From Methylococcaceae bacterium (GTDB taxonomy: Bacteria; Pseudomonadota; Gammaproteobacteria; Methylococcales; Methylomonadaceae), in the NCBI GenBank assembly GCA_050303415.1, contig JBNLBS010000019.1, forward strand, positions 16,545 to 80,544: a DNA stretch of 64,000 nt, in the 5' to 3' direction. Positions 22,423 through 33,530 of this stretch are shown piece by piece (position 1 is the first letter of the stretch; the number at the start of each line of letters is the position of its first letter). The notes below the pieces were generated by a model, which saw nothing but the letters and a program-made list of their open reading frames with translations, made no database searches and had not been told where the DNA came from. Made by a program: the position numbers and the translations under genes.

Positions 22423-23348
22423 AATGTTGAACCAAAATTTTCCTGATAGCGTTGTTTAAAAGCATCCATAGTAAAAGAATGATTCTGAGTACCATGGTGT
22501 TCAATTTTTATCGCCCCCATTAAAGAAGCAATACGCCCGGTCACATCCCAGTCATATTCATTCACCAAGCCATACAACAAACCGGCTCTATAAGCATCAC
22601 CACAACCGGTAGGATCACAAATTGCTTTAACCTGTGCCGATGGAATATCAATACATTGCCCGTTATAATAAATTTTAGAACCTTGTGCACCCATAGTTAT
22701 AATCAGGGCTTCCACTTTTTCTGCCAGTTGTTCCAATGACAGCCCGGTACGCTCCTGCATTAATTCAGACTCATAGTCATTAAATGTAGCCCAGGTTGCC
22801 TGTTCCATAAAAGCCAACAGCTCTTCACCACTAAACATAGGCATACCCTGACCCGGGTCAAAAATAAACGGAATATCTGCGTCGGCAAATTGTTGAGCAT
22901 GTAACTGCATCCCTTCTTTACCATCCGGTGACACTATGCCGATTTCAACCCCGTCTGTTACAACATCATTTAAATGGGAGGAATTCATCGCACCCGGATG
23001 AAACGCAGTAATCTGGTTATCATCCTCATCCGTGGTTATATACGCCTGACCGGTGAATTCACCATCGACAATACGAATATACTTGTTGGAAAGGCCGCAT
23101 TGACTCATCCAGTTGGCATAAGGACCAAAATCGTGTCCGACCGTCGCCATTACTAAAGGCGTCTCTCCCAGCAAATTGAGATTATAGGCAATGTTACCGG
23201 CACAACCGCCATATTCGCGACGCATCACCGGTACTAAAAATGACACATTCAAAATATGCACTTTTTCCGGCAATATATGATTTTTAAATTTGTCATGAAA
23301 AACCATAATGGTGTCATATGCCATAGAACCACAAATTAATGCGCTCAT
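22419..23348 (-). CDS. PfkB-family carbohydrate/nucleoside kinase
   Basis: GGCAGNIAYNL N-motif and DPTGCGDAYRAG C-terminal anion-hole motif; 4-nt overlap with mazG. Confidence 0.7.
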   Translation of the reverse strand: MSALICGSMAYDTIMVFHDKFKNHILPEKVHILNVSFLVPVMRREYGGCAGNIAYNLNLLGETPLVMATVGHDFGPYANWMSQCGLSNKYIRIVDGEFTGQAYITTDEDDNQITAFHPGAMNSSHLNDVVTDGVEIGIVSPDGKEGMQLHAQQFADADIPFIFDPGQGMPMFSGEELLAFMEQATWATFNDYESELMQERTGLSLEQLAEKVEALIITMGAQGSKIYYNGQCIDIPSAQVKAICDPTGCGDAYRAGLLYGLVNEYDWDVTGRIASLMGAIKIEHHGTQNHSFTMDAFKQRYQENFGSTF

Positions 23349-23364
23349 TTATTCCCTCTTAACT

Positions 23365-23724
23365 CTAAATTAAAATAAAAATCCAAGTAGCCGCCGCCCA
23401 TATACAAGCCAACATTACCGCCGCAGAACCTATATCTTTTGCCCGACCCGACAATTCATGCCGTTCCAAGCCAATTCTATCAACTATGGCTTCAATTGCC
23501 GAATTTAACAGTTCCACCAGTAAAATTAAGACGACACTGCCAAGCATTAATACCCTTTCTACTGATGTATTTGCCAACCAGAAAGTCAAAGGTGTAGCAA
23601 CAATCAATAAATAGACTTCCTGTCGAAAAGCCTCTTCATGCTGCCAGACCGCTTTAAAACCGGAAATTGAAAAAAAAACTGCATTTACCAGTCGTTTTAT
23701 TCCCTTTGCATTTTGATTAGCCAT
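23365..23724 (-). CDS. dgkA: Diacylglycerol kinase
   Basis: 119 aa, three TM, ELLNSAIEAIVDRI motif. Confidence 0.85.
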   Translation of the reverse strand: MANQNAKGIKRLVNAVFFSISGFKAVWQHEEAFRQEVYLLIVATPLTFWLANTSVERVLMLGSVVLILLVELLNSAIEAIVDRIGLERHELSGRAKDIGSAAVMLACIWAAATWIFILI

Positions 23725-23981
23725 AAAACCTACCTGTTACGAAAAAAAACGGCCAGTTTGTACTGGTATTAGTATAAATACACACATGCTGTACGCAACA
23801 AACTACAATATTTATAAAGATTCGTTTACAACCCCTAAAACAAAGCCTAAGTTATTGATTTTTATTTATCTTAGCAAGATGATAAAATTCAATACAATCT
23901 AAAAAAACATCAATAAAGTCAGCTTTTTATGATCTTTACACCAAACTTTCCCACAGAGTTATCCACAAAATATGTGGATAA

Positions 23982-24365
23982 CTAAGCTTCCACCATCTTT
24001 TGATAAGCATCCGCGTCCATCAACAAATCCAACGCCGATAAATCATCCGCTTTAATACAAAATATCCAGCTTTCATAAGGGTCATCATTAACCCGTTCAG
24101 GTTCATCATTCAGGCTGTCATTAATTTCTACCACTTCACCGGCAACAGGGCTGAATAAATCAGACGCCGTTTTGACTGATTCAACAACTGCGCATTGCTC
24201 ACCTGCCGCCAGTTTTTTCCCCAGCTCAGGCATTTCAACAAAAACCAAATCACCCAGCTCTTCTTGTGCAAAATCGGTAATACCAACCCGCACAAGATTA
24301 TTATCTTCCAACTTGGCCCACTCATGAGTTTTTGCATATTTTAAATTTTCCGGAAAATCGCTCAT
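23982..24365 (-). CDS. gcvH: Glycine cleavage system H protein (lipoyl carrier)
   Basis: KYAKTHEWAKLED...VESVKTASDLFSPV lipoyl-lysine motif. Confidence 0.85.
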   Translation of the reverse strand: MSDFPENLKYAKTHEWAKLEDNNLVRVGITDFAQEELGDLVFVEMPELGKKLAAGEQCAVVESVKTASDLFSPVAGEVVEINDSLNDEPERVNDDPYESWIFCIKADDLSALDLLMDADAYQKMVEA

Positions 24366-24522
24366 TTTCTCTCTCAAAATATTGTTTTAACGGGATAAGC
24401 ATAACCTGCTATTTTTTAAACACAACTAAAAAATCTATTAATTCTTCACTATCGAATACACATAACCAAATTAAGATTCGGGTTATAATTTAGCGCTAAC
24501 TTTTTAGTGACTGACAGCAAGC

Positions 24523-25575
24523 ATGTTTTCTAGCCCTTTATTTTACCTTCTCTTTGCCATTTACTTACTAACTAATGCAGATTTTTTTTCCGCACCCGCC
24601 TATGCTCAGCCAGTGCTAAACGAAGAAGAACGGATAGAAACAGATGAAGATAACAACGATGAAAAACATCAATTTATAGTCAAATTAAACCCAAACGCAC
24701 AAAAAACAGCCGGTTTAAAAACCCTGGTTTTACCAATTAGCCACTATCAGGCAGAACGGCTAAGTTACGGCAGGGTTGTATCCATTCAACCCTTATTAGA
24801 GTTACGCAAACGCTATTTTTTAGCTCAGTCTGAACAAAGTAGCGCCAAAGCCAAATTTAATCAGGCACAACAGAGCGTTAGACGTTTACAGGATTTATAT
24901 AACAATCAAGTGGTATCCGAACGCCAGATTCAAAGTCAAAAATCCAAATGGCAGGCGGATAAAGCTCAGTTTAACGCTGTTCACTTTCAGCTTAAGGCAA
25001 TTTATGCTGAATCCCTAGTCTGCTGGGGACCCGAGCTTACCGACAAAATATTATCCGATAGTAAAGAAGACGCATTAGCCGGATTTATTAGCGGTCAGCA
25101 ACATTTATTGGAAATCACCCTGCCTGCCGGTCAAGTATTAGCTGATTCGGTTACCCAGATCGTAGTCAGTCCAAATGGAGACAGACAACAGGCGATAACT
25201 GCCGATTACATCTCCATGTCACCACGCACCGGCGAAATCAACCAGGGTAATAGTTATTATTTTGTCAGCCAAAGCCCAATGTTAAAAACCGGCATGCAGA
25301 TTAGCGCATGGTTACCGGAGCATCAAAATGCACAACAAGGCGTCATTATCCCCAAGTCGGCTGTTTTCTGGCATATGGGGCAAACATTTGTTTATGTGAA
25401 ATCCGATGACGATGAATTTACCCGTATTGCTATCCCCAGATTAATTAGCACGCCGACCGGCTATTTTAACCAGCATCAACTCAAGCCTGATGATGAACTG
25501 GTCATTACCGGCGCCCAAATGCTGCTTTCCGAGGAATTTAGAGCATTAATTCCTGATGAAGACGATGACGATTAA
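24523..25575 (+). CDS. Periplasmic adaptor (membrane fusion protein) of RND efflux system
   Basis: Signal peptide, coiled-coil hairpin region, beta-barrel C-terminus; immediately upstream of RND pump. Confidence 0.6.
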   Translation: MFSSPLFYLLFAIYLLTNADFFSAPAYAQPVLNEEERIETDEDNNDEKHQFIVKLNPNAQKTAGLKTLVLPISHYQAERLSYGRVVSIQPLLELRKRYFLAQSEQSSAKAKFNQAQQSVRRLQDLYNNQVVSERQIQSQKSKWQADKAQFNAVHFQLKAIYAESLVCWGPELTDKILSDSKEDALAGFISGQQHLLEITLPAGQVLADSVTQIVVSPNGDRQQAITADYISMSPRTGEINQGNSYYFVSQSPMLKTGMQISAWLPEHQNAQQGVIIPKSAVFWHMGQTFVYVKSDDDEFTRIAIPRLISTPTGYFNQHQLKPDDELVITGAQMLLSEEFRALIPDEDDDD

Positions 25576-25583
25576 TTGATAAA

Positions 25584-28500
25584 ATGCTGGCAGCTCTTGT
25601 ACGTTTCTCCATTCGTTTCTACGGTATAGTCATTGCCTTTGCGGTACTGATTCTGCTTTACGGTGTTTTTCGTTTTTCTTCAGCCGGTCTGGATATTTTT
25701 CCGGAATTTTCACCCAAGCAGGTGATTATTCAGACAGAATCGCCGGGACTGTCTTCCGAACAGGTGGAAATTCTAGTTTCACAGCAGATCGAAACCGCCA
25801 TCAGCGGTTTGATCGGACTCAAGTCGATACGCTCGGAATCCATTCAGGGCTTGTCTATCGTTACCGCCACCTTTGACGAACACAGTGATATCTATAGAAA
25901 CCGGCAACTGGTCAGCGAAAGATTGCTCAGTATTGCCGAACAATTACCGGACGGTGTCGCCACACCGGTTCCCGTCCCCTTATCCTCCTCCTCTGCCACG
26001 GTACTGACCATCGGCTTACGTTCCGACAGTAAAAGCCTGATGGCTTTACGCAGCCTGGTGGACTGGACCATCGTACCACGTTTAATGGCTGTATCCGGTG
26101 TATCAGATGTCAATGTTTTCGGCGGCGAAATCCAACAACTGCAAATTCAGCTCGATCCGGTTCAACTGCACCGCTTTAATTTATCCGTCGACGAAGTAAT
26201 CCGGGCCGCCTCACAGGCCGGGCAGATTCAGGGCGGCGGTTTTATCGAAAACAGCAACCAGCGCTTTACCGTACAGGTAACCGGACAACCGACCAGCCCT
26301 GAACAATTCAAAAAAATAATCATCCGCCATCAACAAGGCCAGCACCTTACCCTGGGGGATATCAGTCATATTCAATATGCCGCCGAACCGCCTATTGGCG
26401 CCGCGCAAATAATGGGCAAACCGGGTATTGTGATGATGGTCATCGGTCAATACGGTGCCAACACCCTGTCCGTATCCAGACAAGTAGAACAGGCATTAAC
26501 CGAATTTGACCGAATTTTTAAACAGCAGGATATTCAATTTTATTCGCATTTATTTCGTCCTGCCGACTATATTGAACGCTCGGTCAGTAACCTGTCCGGC
26601 CACCTATTGATAGGCGGTCTGTTTGTATTAATTATTTTGTATCTGTTTTTATTTAACTTCCGTACCGCCTTTATTTCCGCCGTCGCCATCCCATTGTCTT
26701 TAGTCAGTGCAATTATAATTCTGCTGGAAACAGGGGTTAATCTGAATATTATGGTATTGGGCGGATTGGCGATAGCACTGGGTGAAGTCGTCGATGACGC
26801 CATTATCGATACTGAAAATATTTTTCGCCGGCTGCGGGAAAATCGACTGCTAAAACAGCCCTTACCCATTGCCGAAGTGGTTTACAAAGCCTCAATGGAA
26901 GTCCGCAGCTCAGTGGTTTATGCCAGCTTTATCGTAGCCTTGGTATTCGTGCCGTTATTAACCCTTAGCGGGGTTGCCGGACGCCTGTTTGCACCGTTGG
27001 GCATGTCCTATATTCTGGCGATACTAATGTCGTTACTGGTCGCCCTGTCGTTAACACCGGCCTTGTGTTATCTGTTACTTGGCCAAAATCTCAACGATCA
27101 GGACGAACCGCCGATGATCAGCCGTATCAAACCTTATTATTTGCGTTTGCTACAGGGTACATTTGATCATTTTAAAACTGTTGCCATTAGTTGCGTTGCC
27201 ATCTGCGTTTTAGGCTTATTGTCATTTTTGTTTATCGACAGCAAATTTCTGCCCGAACTGCGCGAAGGCCATTATATAGTTCACACTACCAGTATCCCCG
27301 GCACCTCATTACAGGAATCCATTCGTCAAGGCTCAAAACTGACCGAACAGTTTGTAAAAATTGACGGTATCGAATCGGTCTCGCAATGGGCCGGCCGCGC
27401 CGAACGCGGAGCCGATACCTACGGCAGCCATTACAGCGAATACGAAGTACGTTTAAAACCGATGTCAGGCAGCGAACAACAACACGTGCTCGATCAGCTC
27501 AGAGAAATCCTGTCCGGTTTTCCAGGCATCTTGTATGAAGCCAACACCTTTTTAACCGAACGCGTTGATGAAACCATTTCCGGCTACACTTCACCGGTGG
27601 TGGTTAACGTTTATGGTAATGACCTCCCAACCATAGACAACAAAGCCCAAGCCATAGCAGAAATTATGCGCACCATACCCGGCGCGGCTGATGTGCAACT
27701 GCGATCTCCGCCCGGCACCCCGCTGCTACAAATCCAACTGGATATGGATAAGCTTAACCTGTGGGGAATACGCCCGGCGCAGGTAGTTAATACCATACAA
27801 GCCGCCTACGAAAGTAAAGTGGTGGGTAAAAACCTGCAAGGCAATCGTATTTATCCCATTGCCGTTGCACTGACACCGGAGCTTAGACAACGTCCCGAAG
27901 TCATTGGTCAACTGCCTATTCGTTCTATTAGCGGGCAACTCATCCGCCTTGAACAGATTGCCGATATTAAACACACCGCCAGCCGTTACAATATTCTGCA
28001 CCAAGGCGCTCAAAGACGGCAAACAGTCACCGCGAATGTGATTAATGCAGACCTGGATGAATTTATGCATACGTTAAAACAGCGCGTACTGCATGAAGTC
28101 AGTTTTCCGGCCAATATTTATCCGGAATTTACCGGTGCCGCCGTCGAGCAGGCAGAGGCACGCAAGGATTTAATTCTGCATTCCTTAATGGCCGGTGCCG
28201 GAGTATTGATTTTTATTTATATTGCCTTGGGCAGTGTGCGCCATGTTGCGCTGACACTGGCAAACCTTCCATTCTCATTAATAGGCGGCGTAGCAGCCGT
28301 TATCCTGACCGGTGCCACCCTGTCAGTTGGTTCCATCGTCGGCTTTGTTACACTGTTCGGCATCACCGTACGCAACAGTATTATGCTGCTGTCTCATTTT
28401 CGCCATTTGGTCGAAGAGGAACAATTACCCTGGAACCAATCCACCGCCATACGCGGCGCCCAGGAAAGGCTTCCATCTATATTAATGACCGCACTGGTAA

Positions 28501-28664
28501 CCGCCCTGGCCATGTTCCCAATCGCCTTTAATAGCGATAACCCCGGGCGGGAAATCATGGGGCCCATGGCCGCCATTATTATCGGCGGGCTGTTTTCCTC
28601 AACCCTATTAAACCTGTTATTGCTACCGGTTATATTGGTGCGCTATGGACAGTTTAAAAGATAG
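25584..28664 (+). CDS. Heavy-metal-efflux (HME) RND transporter, CzcA/CusA family
   Basis: 1026 aa, 12 TM with two large periplasmic loops, conserved TM4 region ALGEVVDDAIIDTENIFRRL. Confidence 0.85.
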   Translation: MLAALVRFSIRFYGIVIAFAVLILLYGVFRFSSAGLDIFPEFSPKQVIIQTESPGLSSEQVEILVSQQIETAISGLIGLKSIRSESIQGLSIVTATFDEHSDIYRNRQLVSERLLSIAEQLPDGVATPVPVPLSSSSATVLTIGLRSDSKSLMALRSLVDWTIVPRLMAVSGVSDVNVFGGEIQQLQIQLDPVQLHRFNLSVDEVIRAASQAGQIQGGGFIENSNQRFTVQVTGQPTSPEQFKKIIIRHQQGQHLTLGDISHIQYAAEPPIGAAQIMGKPGIVMMVIGQYGANTLSVSRQVEQALTEFDRIFKQQDIQFYSHLFRPADYIERSVSNLSGHLLIGGLFVLIILYLFLFNFRTAFISAVAIPLSLVSAIIILLETGVNLNIMVLGGLAIALGEVVDDAIIDTENIFRRLRENRLLKQPLPIAEVVYKASMEVRSSVVYASFIVALVFVPLLTLSGVAGRLFAPLGMSYILAILMSLLVALSLTPALCYLLLGQNLNDQDEPPMISRIKPYYLRLLQGTFDHFKTVAISCVAICVLGLLSFLFIDSKFLPELREGHYIVHTTSIPGTSLQESIRQGSKLTEQFVKIDGIESVSQWAGRAERGADTYGSHYSEYEVRLKPMSGSEQQHVLDQLREILSGFPGILYEANTFLTERVDETISGYTSPVVVNVYGNDLPTIDNKAQAIAEIMRTIPGAADVQLRSPPGTPLLQIQLDMDKLNLWGIRPAQVVNTIQAAYESKVVGKNLQGNRIYPIAVALTPELRQRPEVIGQLPIRSISGQLIRLEQIADIKHTASRYNILHQGAQRRQTVTANVINADLDEFMHTLKQRVLHEVSFPANIYPEFTGAAVEQAEARKDLILHSLMAGAGVLIFIYIALGSVRHVALTLANLPFSLIGGVAAVILTGATLSVGSIVGFVTLFGITVRNSIMLLSHFRHLVEEEQLPWNQSTAIRGAQERLPSILMTALVTALAMFPIAFNSDNPGREIMGPMAAIIIGGLFSSTLLNLLLLPVILVRYGQFKR

Positions 28665-29364
28665 TCTCAGCCCGATTGAACAAAACTGCGAGAGTATAAT
28701 CCTGCTCCATGGACTGGCCCGGACTTATCGCTGTATGAACAAAGCAGCGCATATTTTTTCTTCTTACGGCTACCATGTCATCAATGTCAGTTATCCGTCC
28801 AGGCGTAAAACCATTGAGCAGCTTGCAATAGAAGCGATCAAACCAGCGATTGAAGAGGCCGAACAAAAACACTGCCGGCGCATACATTTTTTAACCCATT
28901 CCATGGGCGGTATACTGCTGCGTTATTATTTATCAAAAAAAACGGTTAAGAATTTGGGCCGCACCGTCATGCTGGCACCCCCCAACCGAGGCAGCGAAAT
29001 AGTCGACAAAATAGGCCACTGGAAATTATTTTATCTATGCAACGGCCCCGCCGGTTTGCAACTGGGAACCGATCAAAACAGCATACCCAGGCAACTAGGC
29101 GAATTAAACTTTGAAACCGGCATTATCACCGGCAACAAAAGCTGGAATCCATTATTATCCGACTTAATTTCAGATGCCAATGACGGCAAGGTATCGGTCA
29201 GCAGCGCCAGACTTGAAGGCATGAAAGATTTTCTGCTGCTGCCCTATTCCCACACATTTATCATGCAACATAAGTCAGTAATCGAACAGGCTCTATATTT
29301 TATTCAGCAGGGTTGTTTTGATCATAAACAATTATTTGGCAACGATACTATAAAGAATATTTGA
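28645..29364 (+). CDS. Alpha/beta-hydrolase fold protein (lipase/esterase-like, GHSMGG nucleophile elbow); overlaps RND gene 3' end by 20 nt
   Basis: IILLHGL oxyanion region, THSMGG serine motif. Confidence 0.6.
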   Translation: MDSLKDSLSPIEQNCESIILLHGLARTYRCMNKAAHIFSSYGYHVINVSYPSRRKTIEQLAIEAIKPAIEEAEQKHCRRIHFLTHSMGGILLRYYLSKKTVKNLGRTVMLAPPNRGSEIVDKIGHWKLFYLCNGPAGLQLGTDQNSIPRQLGELNFETGIITGNKSWNPLLSDLISDANDGKVSVSSARLEGMKDFLLLPYSHTFIMQHKSVIEQALYFIQQGCFDHKQLFGNDTIKNI

Positions 29365-29642
29365 TCGGTGACGACATAAAATTCATCATCATATAAATGA
29401 CATTCATTTTGAAAAAAATTGGGGCAAAGGAGTAGGTTTTGAGTAAGGCAATATTTATGGAGAAAATATTGACAAGCATTTTTAATAACATGCCAAAACA
29501 TAATGCCGGATATCTTCGTCAGCCTACGAGCAGCCTCGTATTCAAAGTCACGATCGAATATACTTCACCGGATACGGTATTTCTCAGGCACCATTATCGT
29601 CATGGTTTTTTATAATTCAGTTTTGCCTAAATTGATCCGTTT

Positions 29643-29666
29643 AAATGTAGATCGAAATCTACGTTT
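29643..29666. promoter_or_regulatory. 10-bp inverted repeat AAATGTAGAT-cgaa-ATCTACGTTT ~100 nt upstream of the MCP gene
   Basis: Read directly; candidate operator. Confidence 0.35.
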
Positions 29667-29771
29667 GAATTCCTTTTATATAAGCATTTTGCTAATCGAG
29701 GAAGGTTATAGTTTTTAGATAAAAAACCGGCCGGATCAATACATCGTTTATTAATTTTTAAAGAGACTTAT

Positions 29772-32105
29772 ATGAAAATAAAGCACAAACTCACACTTGG
29801 CACAGTTTTGTTAACCCTTTTTTCAACAATTGCCGCCTGCGTGGGTTTAGGCTGGCTTGCAATACAGTCATCCAACGAAACATTACGCTCCGAAGCAATG
29901 CGCCACATGGTCTCTGTTCGTGAAATCAATAAATTACGGATTGAACAATATTTTAAACAAATAAACAACCAGCTACTGACCTTGGCTAATGACCGTATGA
30001 TCATAGATGCCGCCAATAGTTTTAAAGCTGCAACCGCTAGTCTGGATAATGAATTCATGCCAAATACAACAAGCGGCTTGCGCGAACAGTTAAGCCAATA
30101 TTACACGCGCCAGTTTGCTGTTGAATACAACAAACAAAACGACAGCCAACAGCAGATCAATACCCGCTCGTTTTTAGAAAGATTAGACTCTACCGGTACC
30201 ACCCTGCAATACCTGTATATTCAAAACAACCGTCATCCATTAGGAGGTAAAGATGCTTTAATGCAAGCCGATGACGGAAGCCAATATAGTCAACTGCATG
30301 GTTTGTACCACCCACACATTAGAGACTACCTGAAGAAATTCGGTTATTACGATATTTTTATCGTGGATCCAGATACCGGAATGGTCGTTTATTCGGTTTT
30401 TAAAGAAATCGATTTTGCAACCTCACTCAAAAACGGTTCTTTTGCTAAATCCGGGCTGGGTAAAGCATTCGAACGGGCTAACAGGCTTTCCTCACCAAGT
30501 ACTGTGCTGGAAGATTTTGAGCCCTATGCACCGTCTTACGACTCGTCCGCAGCTTTCATGGCGACGCCTATTTTTGACCACGGCCAAAAAGTTGCCATTC
30601 TTATTTTCCAAATGCCAATCGATAAAATCAACAATATAATGACGAATAACGGCAACTGGGAATCTGTCGGCATGGGAAAATCGGGCGAGTCCTATATAGT
30701 TGGCGCCGATTTTAAAACCCGCAGTATGAGTCGATTTTTAATTGAAGACAAACCCGGCTATCTTCAAGCGTTAGAGAAAACCGGGGTTGACAAACAAATC
30801 ACCAATACGATCAGCAGCAAAAACTCCAATATCGGCCTGCAATCTGTTCGAACTAAAGGTGTGCAAGCCGCGTTGTCCGGCATATCGGGAAGTGATATTT
30901 TTACCGACTATCGCGGCGTATCGGTTTTATCAGCCTATGCGCCACTCAATATATTCGGCGTTAATTGGGCTATATTGACAGAAATAGATGAAGCCGAAGC
31001 CTTTGCACCGGCAATAAAACTGCAAAATACTATAATTATTGTTGCCTTAGCCGTTCTGGTGGCAGTCGCTATTGTTTCCACTTTTGCCGCAACACTGTTC
31101 ACCAATATATTGTCGCGTCCAATTACTGCATTTAGTAAGGCAATTGAAAAAATCGTAGCAGGTAATCGGATTGATTTAACGCAACGACTGGACACTTCCG
31201 CCAAAGATGAATTTGGTGAGTTGGCCACGCATATTAATCATCTGTTGGTAAAAAAACAGGATGCCGTACATAAAATTCTGGAGGCCAGCAACCAACTGAG
31301 TGCCGCTACTGATAGAGTAATGGCGGTTTCCACTCGAACCCAACAAAATATCTTTGAGCAGCAGCAACAAACCGAATCGGTTGCGACTGCTATGAATGAA
31401 ATGACCGCAACCGTTAACGATGTCGCCAAAAATGCCGCTCAAACTGCAAGCAGAGCAAATGATGGTGACCTACAAGCCCAAAGCGGAAAAAATGATATTT
31501 CCAATACCATTATTTCAATTAACCAGCTCTCTTCTGATATTTCATCAGCCGAAAATGTCGTTAAAGAACTGGAAAAACAAAGTAACGATATTGGCTCGGT
31601 GTTGGATGTTATTAGAGGTATTGCCGAGCAAACCAATCTATTAGCACTGAACGCGGCGATTGAAGCTGCGCGCGCGGGCGAACAAGGCCGTGGCTTTGCC
31701 GTAGTTGCTGATGAAGTTAGAACGCTTGCCAGTCGGACCCAGGTATCCACTGAAGAAATCCAGTCCATGATTGAGAAATTGCAACAAGGTGCTAAAAATA
31801 GTGCCGATGTGATGACCCGAAGCTCACAAAATGCGTTGGAAACAGCCAAGCAGGCTCAAACAGGTCAACAGGCACTGGATAATATTACCGACATGATCGC
31901 AGAAATTAATGACATGACAGCCATGATCGCCAGTGCTTCGGAAGAGCAATCAGCTGTGGCGGAAGAAATTAATGCTAATGTCATCAAGATCAGCAATTAT
32001 GCACAAGAGACATCGGAAGGTAGCCAGGAAACAACCCTCAGCAGCCAGGAAATGCAAAATCTATCTGCCCAGCTGTTAACCACTATGCAAACATTTATTG
32101 TTTAA
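29772..32105 (+). CDS. Methyl-accepting chemotaxis protein with large periplasmic sensor domain, HAMP and MCP signalling domain
   Basis: Two TM helices flanking ~390-aa periplasmic region, HAMP, highly conserved [31 protein letters not shown]. Confidence 0.85.
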   Translation: MKIKHKLTLGTVLLTLFSTIAACVGLGWLAIQSSNETLRSEAMRHMVSVREINKLRIEQYFKQINNQLLTLANDRMIIDAANSFKAATASLDNEFMPNTTSGLREQLSQYYTRQFAVEYNKQNDSQQQINTRSFLERLDSTGTTLQYLYIQNNRHPLGGKDALMQADDGSQYSQLHGLYHPHIRDYLKKFGYYDIFIVDPDTGMVVYSVFKEIDFATSLKNGSFAKSGLGKAFERANRLSSPSTVLEDFEPYAPSYDSSAAFMATPIFDHGQKVAILIFQMPIDKINNIMTNNGNWESVGMGKSGESYIVGADFKTRSMSRFLIEDKPGYLQALEKTGVDKQITNTISSKNSNIGLQSVRTKGVQAALSGISGSDIFTDYRGVSVLSAYAPLNIFGVNWAILTEIDEAEAFAPAIKLQNTIIIVALAVLVAVAIVSTFAATLFTNILSRPITAFSKAIEKIVAGNRIDLTQRLDTSAKDEFGELATHINHLLVKKQDAVHKILEASNQLSAATDRVMAVSTRTQQNIFEQQQQTESVATAMNEMTATVNDVAKNAAQTASRANDGDLQAQSGKNDISNTIISINQLSSDISSAENVVKELEKQSNDIGSVLDVIRGIAEQTNLLALNAAIEAARAGEQGRGFAVVADEVRTLASRTQVSTEEIQSMIEKLQQGAKNSADVMTRSSQNALETAKQAQTGQQALDNITDMIAEINDMTAMIASASEEQSAVAEEINANVIKISNYAQETSEGSQETTLSSQEMQNLSAQLLTTMQTFIV

Positions 32106-32125
32106 TCATTACTGCGCTTGATATT

Positions 32126-32162
32126 AAAAACGAGGAAAAACAAAATGTTTTCCCTCGTTTGG
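32126..32162 (+). terminator. Rho-independent terminator of the MCP gene
   Basis: CGAGGAAAAACA-aaa-TGTTTTCCCTCG hairpin followed by TTTGG. Confidence 0.55.
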
Positions 32163-32326
32163 CTATCTGGCTTAGTAGAGTGGAAAACGTGGGGTGGAAA
32201 AACGCAGTGCATTCCACCAATCCCACCGACATTGTTTTAGGCATTTGTGGTTACCCAGTGTCGGATTATACCCAAAGGGCACAAGCGCTATCGCTCATCC
32301 AACCTACGCTCCTTCCGGCTTAATGG

Positions 32327-32920
32327 TTAATCCATTCGATTAAGCGCTGAGCTTAATGTTTTTACTGTTTCCAATACCAGTTTACGTTGTGCTTGATCCA
32401 AGGATGAATATAAGGTCATCAGTTCGCGTATATCTTCCGGAAATGACAAGCACAATGGATCGTGCTCAACATGCTGTTCATCCATCCAGCCCTTAGGAAG
32501 TGAAAAATGACTTTCATATTTTCTCGCAATGGTTCTGGAGATGGTTTTAAACGGGTTATCAATAAATAACAAAAGTTTATCAATATCGATGTCTAAAGAG
32601 TGTACGAATTCATTTAATTTTTTTTCCTGGTCTTTGATTTCTTCATAACTATTACACAGGTTTTGATGCCGGATGGCCTGCAGATCCCTGGCATTGGGCC
32701 GAATAGGTCCGAGCCCGAACATCAGCCAGCAGGGTGAACTTTGTGTGGCTTTGGCAATTCGTAATATATCATCCGGCCCCGGGGTTGATATACCGGCTTC
32801 ATAATTACCGATTCGTGATGCGCTCCAGCCCGGTATTTGTTCCAATAGCGCAGCCTGAGTATTAAGCCCGGCCATTTTTCTAGCCATTTTTATCCGTGCC
32901 GCAATCGTTTTTTCGCTCAT
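32327..32920 (-). CDS. XRE/Cro-CI-family HTH transcriptional regulator with unrecognised ~140-aa C-terminal domain; start probably MSEKTIA at 32920
   Basis: HTH_XRE pattern IAARIKMARKMAGLNTQAALLEQIPGWSASRIGNYEAGISTPGPDDILRIAKA. Confidence 0.7.
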   Translation of the reverse strand: MSEKTIAARIKMARKMAGLNTQAALLEQIPGWSASRIGNYEAGISTPGPDDILRIAKATQSSPCWLMFGLGPIRPNARDLQAIRHQNLCNSYEEIKDQEKKLNEFVHSLDIDIDKLLLFIDNPFKTISRTIARKYESHFSLPKGWMDEQHVEHDPLCLSFPEDIRELMTLYSSLDQAQRKLVLETVKTLSSALNRMD

Positions 32921-32999
32921 AATTTTGCTTTTTAACCTTGGTGTGAACAATCAATTCATTTATTGGCACAACATTTTACAAGAAACTTGAAAAAAAATA

Positions 33000-33027
33000 T
33001 TGACAATCTTGATTTTAATTTTATAAT
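33000..33027 (+). promoter_or_regulatory. Near-consensus sigma-70 promoter TTGACA-16 nt-TATAAT with upstream A-tract
   Basis: TTGACA 33000-33005, TATAAT 33022-33027, AAAAAAAAT UP-like element 32991-32999; divergent from XRE gene. Confidence 0.55.
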
Positions 33028-33034
33028 GCCACCA

Positions 33035-33248
33035 ACATTTAATTTATTAGGATTATTCCCTGATGACTTTTAACAACGGAAAACTAAATATACGCAAGCA
33101 GCCGGCAATAGCAATGCTTTATACATTGCATGCTGTTTGTTACAGGTTGAGTTAGGTCTTCCGTTTCAGGAAGGCCGTGCAGTTGCCTTCCAACTTATTA
33201 AAGTTTCAGTAGAAACCCCGGTTGGATCTCTGCCAACCGGGGTTTTTT
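33035..33248 (+). ncRNA. Candidate small transcript (sRNA or mRNA for a 28-aa peptide MTFNNGKLNIRKQPAIAMLYTLHAVCYRLS) ending in a strong rho-independent terminator
   Basis: Consensus promoter upstream. Internal hairpins are present. Terminator AAACCCCGGTTGG-atctctg-CCAACCGGGGTTTTTTATT lies at 33213-33250. Confidence 0.3.
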
Positions 33249-33530
33249 ATTGCCCAAGGACAGGCTACCTACTTTAACCGTTAGTTCTTGAGGTAGATTT
33301 GTCAGTCAGGTTTTGGATGCACTTAACGTGACCGGTATCAGCCTGACCGCAGAATTCAGGTAACTGACATGATTGCAAAAAGCTTGTTGTTATAACTAAA
33401 CATTAATCATCGATAATCCGATGTACCGAATTGGACGGATGCTGTTAATCCAGCGGTTCAGGTTCTGTATACCTGTCCGGCGCACGATACATTTTGTTGA
33501 CTGTGTACCCGATTAATAGTGGTTCAATAA

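Noticed and set aside
29503-29718. 71-aa ORF upstream of the MCP gene
   Set aside because: AT-rich intergenic translation with no RBS; the region is more likely a promoter/operator (contains the 10-bp inverted repeat).
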